From Macrostomum lignano (Eukaryota): DNA of 64,000 nt. Of the stretch, positions 25,701-36,951 are shown in pieces. Position 1 is the first letter of the stretch; every line of letters starts with the position of its first letter. Location of the stretch: positions 186,001-250,000 of the forward strand of contig NIVC01000426.1 of assembly GCA_002269645.1 (NCBI GenBank), read 5' to 3'. Below the pieces are notes generated by a model. The model searched no databases. It saw only the letters and a list, made by a program, of their open reading frames with translations, and had not been told where the DNA came from. The position numbers and the translations under genes were made by a program.

Positions 25701-27756
25701 TGCCGGTGTCATCTACAACGAAGATCAGCGATCCTCGCTTTCCAGGTCGGGGAGCTACCGGCTTGCATGAGCAGACCTTTCGCCTTCGGAAGCTGACCCT
25801 TTCGCCTCTTCGGCATTCTAAAGTAGAATTTAATTTGGCGAAAACATGTAGATTTGCATTATACAAATTTTATCATCTATCGAAGAAGGATCTTACTTCT
25901 TGGCGGTTTTGGTTTCTTTCCGCCACCACCTCTGCACTTGTAGTGACGAACCACGCGGCATCCGCAGCCTAAATGGATTGAAAAATTCAATAAATGAAGA
26001 GTCATGCTCGCTTTTAAGCTATAAAAGGTAGCTTGTGCAATCGTTCGAAATTAAGAGAAAGAAAAAATACTTTAAAATTCTTTTACTCACGACCAGACAT
26101 TACTCGGCGTAGTTCTCCAGCATTGCGTGGAAAGACGCTAAAGCTGTAGTGTCCCGAAACAGCCTTGCGAATGAAGTGCATTACCTGCAAATTTTTATCC
26201 AAAATAATACAATGTAGCCATGACAGTACACATAATAGTCAAAAATAAAATATCTTTCCCAACTAAAGAGTTAATGATGCACTAAATTTACGGGCTACTG
26301 TAAGCTATAGATCAAAACTTACGGATTTGGTATATGCGTTGCCCAACTTAGAAAACCGACCTCGAGTCCTCGTGGCGAGAGATTTGTACACATTGCCCGG
26401 TCGGCCGCACAGATTTCCAGAAGCAACAGTGAAGAAGCGGATGTTCTTGGAAGACAGCAGGCTGGCGACAGAGCTCTGCAAGTGGGCGTCCTTGGCGGAG
26501 GCGTCGGTGAACAGGAACAGGACCGAGTTGCGGTCGGCGGCAGCAGCGGCATCGCGAACTCCTTGCAGAGCCATCTCAGGACAGTCGCCACCACCGTGAG
26601 GACGGACGCGTCTCAGGAACGCGAGTGCCTGGTGGGCGTTCCTTGTCTTGAGCACGTTCCGCCTGTAGGGATCTCCGTAAGTAGCGATGACGTAGTTATT
26701 GAAGCGCTTGTTCGCCCTGATGATGCTTTGAATGTGGTTCCTGACGGCTGTGATGACGCGGCCCATGCTGCCGGTGTCATCGACAACGAAGATCAGCGAT
26801 CCTCGCTTTCCAGGTCGGGGAGCTACCGGCTTGCAGGAGCAGACCCTCTTGCTGGTGGCAACTGGCCTGCCTCCGCCGGGGCATCCTGTGAATTTCAAGC
26901 GCAATAATTTTTTTCAGTACGAGTATTTGTAGCTGAAACTTAACCAACCAATGAAATCAACCTGCGAGCTGAACGGGATCAAATGTGAGTGTCAACTCGC
27001 AAAGTCCCTCCCTAATCTGCATAACCCCGCTTCTTGGTCCGTAGCACGGCCAATATAGCTAGCCGTCCGCTCCTGTATACGCCTATGCTGTATCTACGGT
27101 GTCTTACAGCAGTTTAGAGTAAGATGCTTGGAAGCCACATTAAGCGTAGGCATGGAAAAAAGACGCGTCAGCCTCGCGGTCAGCGTCCAAGTCTCGGCTC
27201 TCTAAATAATTCTACACGTAGGTTTTCTAAATGACGTACGAGCGTAATAGGAGTATTTATTTGCAGGGGTCAGCTAGAAAACTTCTTTACCTCAAGGGAG
27301 AGAAGAGCTAGGAAAGGGGAGAAAAGAGCAGAGAGCTGAGAAGAGAAACAAACCTTGAGGGGGCAGATTGGTATTGTGGAATTTCAAAGGACCCCGAGGG
27401 CCGGATAGAGAGGCTTCGCGGACCGGAGTTTGCCGACCCCTTCATTTAAGGTGGGTCGCCATCACAAATCCGAAAAACACGACTCCGAAAAGCGCTTTCC
27501 AAAAAAGTGGTTCATGATGGGCGTTGCTATTTTATTTTTCAGAGTTATGATATTTCGCGTTTGCGATATTTCGGGTTTGTGACGCCCCCATTTAAGGTGA
27601 CATGACATTTCTAGCGGCCTTTGCACATGCACAATGGGAACAGCAAACCCCGCGGCGGAGCAAACGTCACCCGGAAAACTTACGCGGCATGCTTCGCCCT
27701 TCGCTCACCGCCAGGATGACCAGGGCAAGCGCCAGAAACTTCAGTAGATGACGCAT
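16767..27756 (-). CDS. Secreted, highly basic protein with seven tandem hemicentin/VWA7-type vWA domains, ~1,949 aa, 17 exons
   Basis: Exons 27756-27684, 26885-26323, 26184-26091, 25968-25897, 25817-25255, 25165-25072, 23145-22448, 22358-22265, 21912-21233, 21142-21049, 20696-20017, 19926-19833, 19480-18801, 18712-18619, 18266-17587, 17497-17404, 17269-16767. All junctions are GT-AG and phase-consistent; the sum is 5850 nt (1950 codons). Signal peptide MRHLLKFLALALVILAVSEG. Each domain carries IFVVDDTGSM, GGGDCPEM and LFLFTDASAKD. Confidence 0.87.
17400..23150. repeat. Intragenic tandem array of ~1,214-1,216-bp exon+intron units
   Basis: vWA ORFs at 17572, 18786, 20002, 21218 and 22433. Introns are nearly identical between copies. 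Confidence 0.97.
23418..24382. mobile_element. Foldback/MITE-like element enclosing a (CTAGA/CTGGA)n array, in a vWA-gene intron
   Basis: gagaatttccc...cagggtttttcctgtcggaatttcaagtcaaat is inverted at 24290-24382. Pentamer array at ~23610-24225. No clear TSD. Confidence 0.7.
27264..27441. mobile_element. Internally deleted hAT (Charlie-like) MITE, related to 35173-36181
   Basis: Ends CAGGGGTCAGC...GTTTGCCGACCCCT. Shares gagagctgagaagag...gggccggatagagaggc with the 35-36 kb copy. Confidence 0.7.
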
Positions 27757-27862
27757 TAAGCTTAGTTTTGCCTGCTTTTTGTGACTTCACCAAAGCGGCT
27801 GGACATTTAATTTAAAAAAATGAAATGTTGGGCGCATAAGACTTGATGCAGCGGGTCCTCGA

Positions 27863-27869
27863 TTTTATA
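27863..27869 (-). promoter_or_regulatory. Candidate TATA box of the multi-vWA gene
   Basis: TATAAAA on the minus strand ~110 nt upstream of the ATG at 27756. Confidence 0.3.
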
Positions 27870-28081
27870 CTCATCTACTCAGGCACAGCCCCCGCCTCTT
27901 CTGGCGGCACGTTTTTGCCGCACGAGTGGCAAAAAGCAGCCTAGCTAATTGTGCTTGGCTTTCACGTTTTTCATCCAACTCGATTTTACAGTGGCACCGA
28001 GGCTACAGCTTGAGGGGGTTTGATTCATTCCCTCAGTCTATTGTTAAGACGCAACTGTTTTTATCTGTCAGTGGAGCGTAA

Positions 28082-28117
<36 letters not shown>

Positions 28118-28671
28118 CAGCAGGTAGCTTAAGGCAATCTTCTAGAGAGTCTGGAACAGTTGTGTCTGCTTGCTTGTGAGTTTCAAGAGCCCCGTGGACT
28201 GTGTAAAATTCCAGATGAAAAATTTCACATCAAACCTGTTTACAGCATTCTTTCTCTCACTGTTGGTCCTTAGCCTCCAGCAACTTGGGCTCAATTATGT
28301 CAGCTGACACGTGCTCGTGCTCACAGAGGCTGGACAAAAGCCTCGATTTTTATTGCTATATTTTTGTCTACAGCTTGCAGCTTGATTAATGACAGAGTAT
28401 AGAAATGGCAAAGGTGAAGAAATTCGGTTCAAGTAAACAAAAACTGCAAAGCACGTTTTAAAAGCTTTTCTGGAGACACAGCTTGTAGACAGTTTCTAAA
28501 CAGATTCATGGTGAATCAAGAAGCATTCATGGGGCCGGAGCATTTTGGTTGCAAAAATGAGGTTTCAACAATCGATAACAGTGCTTTTTTTAAACTGTTT
28601 TGAAAACTATAATTGTTTACTTGTAACTAGTAGTATATTTTATAGTTGTTGTTATTAGACAAGGGATTGTA

Positions 28672-28955
28672 GACTAGCATGGTTAGAGCGCCGGGGCCGG
28701 GGTTGATTCTCGACTCACTCGGAACAATTTCTTGAGCAAGACACTCAATCTGCGTTGCTTCAGTTCACCCAGCTGTAAAATGGGTGCCAGCATTAGCTGG
28801 GGTAATTGAGGCTGTGGCGACCCCCCCCCCCAGTCCTTGGACTGAACAGCCGTACGCAGCCTTCAGATGCGCCGCGCAATAGCTGCGGCTGAGCTGTCGG
28901 TTGCACATCTGCCCATTAGGGCAGGTGTAATCAATTATTATTGTTATTATTAATG
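28672..28955 (+). mobile_element. tRNA-derived CORE-type SINE with a degenerate head
   Basis: CORE-like gagcaagacactcaatctgcgttgcttcagttcacccagctgtaaaatggg and an (ATT)n tail. Homologous copies at ~31.1-31.4 kb and ~48.1-48.3 kb. Confidence 0.8.
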
Positions 28956-30094
28956 GATAAACTGTGTACTACATAGAGCTTCATACATGTACAAGTATGC
29001 ACTTCGACTGTCTATCAGACAGAAAATGACAGAATGGCCAAGTTCACTATACTAAAAATGAGTTATCTTCACTATACTAAAAATGAGTTATCTCTTTCTA
29101 AGGTATCTAGGTATGTGATTGATTTTTGAAATATTTCTGAGATGTCCAAGCTTACTGGGGGGAATTGCCGAGATGTCAAGGCTTGGGGGAATTGCTGAGA
29201 TGTCAAGGCTTGGGAGGAATTGCTGAGATGTCAAGGCTTGGGGGGAATTGCTGAGATGTCAAGGCAAATAGGATATAGATAAAAATAATTTTCTTCTTTC
29301 GCTTATTGGCCACCCCGAAGGGGGGCACACGATCGCTAGTCCACTATACTAAAAATGGTTTGTCTCTATGTATCTACCTGTAGTAGGTATTTATGTTTAT
29401 AGACCATCATTCGTTTTAAGCCTTCAACATACGCTTAGGCCACCGAGTTCACCATATTTCATTTTTCAACAGAAAATCGAACATATAATTTAATTGTTAC
29501 TTTTTTATTTTTAAAATAACAATAATTGTAATTAACTATTGTTAGCAGGTAAACAAACAATCTACTACATGTAAATCACAGTCGAGAGCAATTTTATTGA
29601 CACGAGCGTAAATTTGAGCTGAGATTGAATTAACAAATTTGGCCAAAGAATAAATTTACACCCTTCTTCTTCTAACGAAAAACTACTCTACTTATACAGT
29701 TAAAGCTGTTCTTAGGGCTCGCTGACCTCTGACCTTAGATTGGATCCAGGAATATCGACAGGCAAGTGTTGATAAACAGTAAAAAGACAGCACAACCTGA
29801 AGTCCAAGAATATTCCGCATTAATGTACAAATCAGCAACCAACTCTTAGCGCTGTCAACATCAGCATGCAAAAGTATTGCGAAAAAATAGATTTAGCAAT
29901 CTGACGAAGCGGACAATTAAGTTTCAGACATAATAAATTATTTATATTCAATACTGGCTGCCGAAATCTATATTAAAACTTTTATATACTACTAATGGTA
30001 GCTTTAACCGAACTTTAACAAAACCGGTTAGAAAATAATAATTTGTGATGCTACATATGGTGCAGGATCGGAAAATACACTGACTAAAATGGGG

Positions 30095-30350
30095 GTCAGT
30101 TGACTGCCATCACTCTTAGATTAACTAAGGGGGAGGGTCAGTTGACTCTTCTGACTCTCAGACTAACTAAGGGGGTCAGTTGACTCTTCTGACCCTCAGA
30201 CTAACTAAGGGGGTCAGTTGACTCTTCTGACCCTCAGACTAACTAAGGGGGGTCAGTTGACTTCCATCACTCTCAGATTAATTAACTAAGGGTAGATTGA
30301 TTCTCCTGACTCTCAGAGTAACTAAGGGGGGGTCAGTTGACTCTCAGTTG
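30095..30350. repeat. ~38-bp minisatellite (gactaactaagggggtcagttgactcttctgaccctca)
   Basis: About 6 imperfect copies downstream of TMEM104. Confidence 0.8.
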
Positions 30351-30461
30351 ACGATCCGAGATTGTCTGAGAAGTTCTGAGCTGACCCTCACGGCTTTCAG
30401 ATTACCAGGGAGGGTCAGCTGACCCCCCCCCCGCGAGTTACATATTAGTTAAGCGAGGGCT

Positions 30462-33400
30462 TCAGTTCAATTGCAGCGTCAGAGCCGGCCGCAAGCCGGA
30501 CACCCTGGGTCCAGAAGCGGTCACATTGGCCAGTGCAGCATCCTCCATCAGGTGATCGGCCGTGACCAGAGCCATGCACGCCAGTGTCCAGCCGAGTATA
30601 GCAACCAGACAGGCCGGATGACCGAACGGGCTGGCGTGAATCGGCGCGTAGCGATTGTCGGCATCGAGTGGCGGCAGCTGCGAGGCGGCCTTCCGCCTGC
30701 TGTAGTGCAGCAGCAGAGCCGGCACAGCGTACTGCAGCAGTGCGCCAGCGTATGAGCCTGTGTAATTGACCAGAGCGTCCACGCTGCTAGTGACGAAAGC
30801 CAACGCCACAGGCGGTCCGACTGCCAGCAGAGGAAAAGCCGCCTTCTCTACTAGCCAGTGAAACTGCCGACCGTTGCTGCCGCCGCCGGCGCGCGACCGA
30901 ATCAAGCCGAACAGAGCTTTCAAATTGCCGCGCAAAGTGATGGCGATGATTGGGAAAGAGGTGCTCAGCGCGAACACGGGGAACAGGGCCAGGAAATAGC
31001 GCACCGGCTGCCACACCTGGGTGGAGAGTTCGTGAAAAAGGAAGCTGGTCAGTAGGCTTATAGAAAATTGTAAATATGTTTTTTATATTTTACAATGGGT
31101 CGCATCATCGAAGACGGTAAAATGGGCCAGATGTGCAACCGACAGCTCAGCCGCAGCTATTGCCCGGCGCATCTGAAGGCTGCGTACGGCTGTTCAGTCC
31201 AAGTACTGGGGGCCGCCACACACAGCCTCAATTACCCCAGCTAATGCTGGCACCCATTTTACAGCTGGGTGAACTGAAGCAATGCAGAATTAAGTGTCTT
31301 GTTCAATGAAAAATTCTTTCCAGTGGGATCGGGAATCGAACCCCCGACGTTCGAGTCGTGAGTCCGACGCTCTAACCACTAGGCCACAAATACAAGCCCC
31401 TATGAGAAGGGATGAGAAGAAACGTGCATAAATCATAAATCTGCGATGCAAACTCCGGACCTCCAAATGGACTGCTCAAACCTGTTATATCTGTGGGCTG
31501 CTACCCCATCCTACCTGTTCTATCAGTGGGTGGCTACCCCATCTTACCTGTTCTATCAGTGGACTGGCACCCCCATCCTACCTGTTCTATCAGTGGGTGG
31601 CTACCCCATCTTACCTGTTCTATCAGTGGACTGGCACCCCCATCCTACCTGTTCTATTAGTGGGTGGCTACCCCATTCTACCTGTTCTATCAGTGGGCTG
31701 CTACCCCCAAGTAGCCGGCGAGACATTTACAGGTTCAAAGCAAACGCATAGTTGCTCCCGCCTTTTACCCGGCACAGAAGATCAGTTAAACTTACCCCAA
31801 TAGCCAGCCGCCTTCCTGGCTGAAAGTTAAGCGTGTACAAATCTTCCAGATGGCCGAACGCGAATATGCCAGTATAGGCCAGGCTAAGGTAGAACACCAA
31901 TATTAGCGAGAAGTCGGCCAGCAGTACCAGACGCAGATGGCGTTTAGGCGACATGGGAGTGAGCAGGGCTGGCAGCGAGTGGTGGCACATGAAGGAGTAC
32001 ACGGATGCGCCGAACAGCTGGGGAATTCTGGTCCAATTAACTGGGCCTGAATCAGTTATTGGCGGTTGCGAGGTTGCACTGACGGTGGTGCCAAAAATAG
32101 TTCATCATTTTTAAATGTCAGAGATTCAATTGAGCCAATGGTTTATACACAGACAGTAGTACGAGCTACAAGCTGATGCGGATAACAAATTAGCAACCAC
32201 ATTTCGCGGTTGAAATTACAGCAAATAACAATTTAGCAGGATAGGTTTGGGTATAGGTAAGTATAGGTAACAGGGTGTCTATACTAGAGAATATCTAGAT
32301 AATAGGGCGTCTATACCAGAGAATATATAGATGGCAGGGAATCTATACTAGAGAATATCTAGATAACAGGGTGTCTATACTAGAGAATATCTAGATAACA
32401 GGGTGCCTATACTAGAGAATATCTAGATAACAGGGTGCCTATACTAGAGAATATCTAGATAATAGGGTAGCTGTACTAGAGAATATCTAGATAACAGGAT
32501 ATCAACGCATTAGGATTTCTATACCCTAAGATATCTGTGCACTAGGGTAGGGTAGGCATACATAAAGGTATCTAGTTATTAGGGTATCTAGATATCAGAA
32601 TAATCTAGATAGACACCAGGACATATAGATTCTAGACTAGACATTTGGGCATCGCTACAGGATATCTCACAGTTATAAAACAGCAGGAATAGCATGCGAA
32701 GCCAATTCAGAACTGACCTGGATGGCCGCTACCCTGGCCGATGGCTAAAGTGGCGGCTGCCAAAGTCAGCATGACACCGAATGCCAGCCAGCGAGACAGG
32801 CTGGTGGCCACTTGCAGATACTTGGTCTTCTGCACATTGAAGAAGGCAAACGGACAAACCAGCAGGCTGAAGGCGCCAACAAACAGTCTGTAGGCGTCTC
32901 GGCGGGTTAAGCCAGACTGGGGTGACCAGCAGTAATCCGTTTCTGTCCGATTGTCAGTGTCGGCACTGCTGGCATTTGGCCAATACGGATTATAAGTGCA
33001 AGCCACGTCTCTGAGTGACTTGGGCACCGCAACAGCGTAGATAGCAAGATCGCCGTACAGGTAAATGCAGATCACGGCATAGAATGCCACAATCAGGTAG
33101 GAATTAAAGTACATGTGCGCCATCTGGCCCAGTTCAAATCGTCGAGTGATTTCAAATGGCATCGAATCGGCGGATGGTGTAGTAGGCGCTGCTGACTGCA
33201 CAGTCCTGCCTGGATAGCGAAGCTCATCGACTTCATTGCCGAAGCTGTCAGCTGACGAGCGGATTAGTGGAGAACTTTCGCTATTCAAGCTGTCAGTGTC
33301 AGTCAGTCGCTGCTCATCTTGGCGCTTGACCAGCGCATTGGTGGTTGACATGACCTCTACAATGTAACTCACTGTGATGAAGCTGAGGAATGCTAGGCAG

Positions 33401-33564
33401 ACAATGGTGAGGCCACCAGCTAGCCAGCCAGCAATGGCAAATGCCTTTGGCAGAGTGAGAGCGCCAGTTCCTACGATAAGATTAAAGATGAACACCATGC
33501 CTGTAAGTGGTCTGTAGCTGGCCTCTGCTTGGCCTCCATTGTTGCTACCCAATTGCCCAGCCAT
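30462..33564 (-). CDS. TMEM104: Transmembrane protein 104 (amino-acid transporter-like), 550 aa
   Basis: Exons 33564-32718, 32046-31796 and 31016-30462, phase-consistent (1653 nt). Motifs FIFNLIVGTGALTLPKAF, YLYGDLAIYAVAVPKSL, FFNVQKTKYLQ, VYSFMCHHSLP, FPVFALSTSFPIIAITLRGN. Confidence 0.93.
31105..31387 (-). mobile_element. tRNA-derived CORE-type SINE in TMEM104 intron 2
   Basis: Minus-strand head GTGGCCTAGTGGTTAGAGCG (A box) and GGTTCGATTCC (B box), followed by the same CORE-like body as 28672-28955. Confidence 0.88.
31490..31710. repeat. 33-bp minisatellite in TMEM104 intron 2
   Basis: ctaccccatcctacctgttctatcagtgggtgg, about 6 copies. Confidence 0.85.
32270..32500. repeat. 32-bp minisatellite in TMEM104 intron 1
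   Basis: tatactagagaatatctagataacagggtgtc, about 7 copies. Confidence 0.85.
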
Positions 33565-35172
33565 TTATTGAGATATGGCTGATTGACTTTAGCTAAATAT
33601 TCTATAGACTAGTGAAACCTGCAATAGTTAGAGTTTAGATTAGGGCTAAAAAAGACTTTAATTTAATAAACTATATGAATCTAAATACAAATTAGTAACT
33701 TATAGTTCAAACAAAATTAATAAAAATGACATTCTAAATTTTTAATAATAAAGTCTTATAATAAATGTTTTCTAATACCTTTGTTTTTGTATCACAATAT
33801 ATCATGATAAATTTTGTTTTATTTAGGTATTCCCAATTTGAACCCAGAATGCTAAATGGCAAGGATTATTTTATGATATTTAAAATATTGGTGATTAAGG
33901 CTAGTATTTTTAATTAAATAAAAATATATCAGTTGGCTTCTCTAGAAATGATGCTATTGGAATGCATATATGATAACATAGTTAATATATATATCAAGTA
34001 TATTAAGCATTTAATTATTGCTAAAAAGTTTTTAAGTTGGGTTCTTGTCTAGCTAATAAGTGCCAAAAAGAGTATTTAGTAGATAGTTCCACTAAGGATC
34101 AATGTAACAAAATTGCATGGAAATTTCGGGGTAAAAACTTTAAATTTCATAAAATTAGCTCCTAGAAATTAAAAAAAAAATTGGTTTAATTGCAGAAATA
34201 CCAAAATAATCTATATTATAGAAATACTAATTTATTTGCTATTGTTGAGCCAATACTAGTCATCAATACAATTAATTATGGACAGGAGAATGTCACATGA
34301 TTTAAGGAATTAAGACCAGATTACTTAGTAACAAGTTGCTAAAATGATTGAATTGTAGTTTACTACCTTTTGTACACTTTAAGGTTTTGCAATAAGAATA
34401 AAGCATCAAGGCGATTTGGTCCGAGCCCTGCAAAAAGTTCTAAGAAACAGCTAAGAAGCAGCTATTTAAATAAGAGATCTAAACAATTATCACAAACGCT
34501 TTGATGATATTTTTAAACAATGCTACTCTTGTACTTTTAAAAAATAAATTTCTTTTTCTACAGAAATTATCAACATGAAGCATTTGCTTCTGTCACAAAG
34601 CACAAGTGATTTTTGTTTAACGTGTAAATAACCGGACCGACCTGTGGTAGGGCTAGAGAGTTAGCGTAGTTTTTAATGTTAGCGTAGTTTAGCGTAGTTA
34701 GCGTAGTTAGCCAAGTTAGTTCCGTTAAATAAGGCTGATACTGAAATAGGTGATCGGTTGACTAGCGAAGCGCGATAATGCAACAGTTTCTATGTTTCTC
34801 GCAGAGCCATATATAGTTTCGTTATAAGGCTTTATCTTTTATCAAAGATATCTTTGATAGACAGACAGAAAGACAAAGCTTTATCTTTATCTTTATATGG
34901 CTTTATCAGATAAGTTTAGCTCTCCATTGGTACATGTACAATATCAGTCGGAACCGGGGGGGGGGGCATGGTGGGGCTGGAGCCCCCCCCCCACTTTTTA
35001 GAATGATCCTGCAAGTGCCCTTTTTTAATTTCAAGCAAGTGTCGGCCGGTTTTCCGTCGGCTTTGGCTTTTCTGAGGCTAAGGGTACCAGCTGATATAAT
35101 AGTTCATCTTGTTCTAAATCCCATTCCACTACAGTTTTTATCTAATGTACCTAAGCCTTAGTGCTTTTAGTG

Positions 35173-36181
35173 CAGGGATCAGCAAACTTTTTACCTCAAG
35201 GGCCAGATTGAGAACAAGCGCATGACTGCCCTTCTGGGTCCACTTCGCTGGGGCCCCCTAAGCGAAACGCGCGCCCAGGAGTCCCTGATGACTGCGGGCT
35301 ATAGGGAAAGAGGATAGGGAATGGAGAAGAGAAATACGAGCGCAGGAGGAAGGAGAGGCAAAGTAATAAAGGAGAAGAGAGTAGACGAGAAGAGAGATAA
35401 AATAGGAGAGGAGAGAGGAGAGTTGAGATGAATGAGGAGAGGAGAGTCGAAATATAAGAGAGAGGAGATAAGGAGAGGAAAGAGAAGGGAAGGGAGAAGA
35501 GAATGGAGAGGAAACGGGAGATGAGAGAAGAGAGAGGTGAGGAGAGGATAGGTGAGGAGAGGATAGGAAAGGAGAGGAGAGAGGTGAGGAGATGAGAGGA
35601 GAGGAGAGAAGTGAGGAGAGTTGAGGAGATGAGAGGGAAAGGAGAGAGGATAGGAGAGGAGAGAGGTAAAGAGATGAGAGGAGAGGAGAGAGGTGAGAGG
35701 AGAGGAGAGAGGTGAGAGATGAGAGGAGAGGATGGATAGGAAAGGAGAAGAGAGAGGTGAGGAGATGAGAGGAGAGGAGAGAGGTGAGGAGATGAGAGGA
35801 AATGAGAGAGGAGAGGAGAGGAGAGGAAAGGAGAGAGGAGAGGAGAGGATAGGAGAGGAGAGGAGAGGAGAAGAGAGGACAGGAGAGGAGAGGAGAAGAG
35901 AGGAGAGGAGAGGAGAGGAGAGGAGAGGAGAGGAGAGGAGAGGAGAGGAGAAGAGAGGACAGGAGAGGAGAGAAGAAGAGAGGAGAGGAGAGGAGAGGAG
36001 AGGAGAGGACAGGACAGGAGAATATGAGAAGATCAGAGAGGTGAGGAAGAGAGCTGAGAAGAGACACAAACCTTGAGCGGGCCGGATTGCTATTGTGAAG
36101 ATTCAAAGGACCCAAGGGCCGGATAGAGAGGCTTTGCGGGCCACAACATTTGGCCCTCAGGCCGGAGTTTGCCAACCCCTG
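35173..36181. mobile_element. hAT (Charlie-like) non-autonomous element carrying an expanded (AGAGG)n tract
   Basis: Ends CAGGGATCAGCAAAC...GTTTGCCAACCCCTG. Flanks ttttagtg / ttttagtt match at 7 of 8 positions. Purine tract at ~35330-36060. Confidence 0.8.
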
Positions 36182-36951
36182 TTTTAGTTAGTTCTTTTAC
36201 TTTGGCGTCTCTGATCGAAATTCCGAGTCGGCCGCAATCCCAAGACTTAAACCGCTGCTGGCGCTGCAACTAAAAGCATTAAAGTGCCGTAAGATAAAAG
36301 AATAAAGAGACAGCGCCGAGAGGAACTGAAGGAGGCAGCCAAGAGATCCAGAACTTTCATTCATTTGAGATATTTACTAAATAAATTGATAGTGCAGTGC
36401 AGTTGCGCAATGTTTGAATTAGTTGAAAATTCGAACATTTTCGAACATTTTTCAGACTTTTGGCCACTTCCAACACAGAATTGAATATCGGCCTGGTTGT
36501 CACAATTAATGTCACAAACTGACATTACAGCAGGAGTTAGGTAGATTAAAAAAATCATGTGCAATGTGCCCTCCAATCAATGCCCACCCACTATGAAATA
36601 TGTTCCGACACCGCTGTATACAATTACAATGGTAAAATGTCGCCGAAATGTTGCCGAAAAATCAGTTGTCGTAAATTTATTCTGCACCCTTGATTTGAAC
36701 TTTAAAAAATGTTTTTAGGCTATTGAAGACACCTATTTAAAAATTAGTTTGAAAAAAACACGTATCTTTCGAGCATGAACGACAGAACGTTATATAGAAG
36801 TAGCTCGTATACTTTTGCAGTGCAGCATGGTTTGCAAAGGGCTTATAATCGTTAAGCCCCTTCTGTGTCTGTTTCCGTTCCTGCTGGAACGCCATGCCGC
36901 TGCAAAAGCCTAGTTGTGGCCAATTATTAAATTTGGCTTGCCGAAGTTTTT

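Noticed and set aside
27443-27599. Kolobok-like mini element (TTAA flanks, loose inverted ends, 11-bp direct repeat catttaaggtg)
   Set aside because: The inverted match is too degenerate and there is only one copy here; it cannot be supported without a genome search.
28217-28309. Short plus-strand signal-peptide-like ORF MKNFTSNLFTAFFLSLLVLSLQQLGLNYVS
   Set aside because: 30 aa, ends in a stop, has no donor site and no supporting context.
31320-31387. tRNA gene
   Set aside because: The A/B boxes run directly into a shared SINE body and there is no closed acceptor stem; these are SINE heads (also 48210-48277 and 63300-63373).
34945-36617. Outer hAT element (gtcggaac...gttccgacaccgctg) enclosing the Charlie-like MITE
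   Set aside because: Only an 8-bp inverted core; the left terminus and TSD do not line up convincingly.
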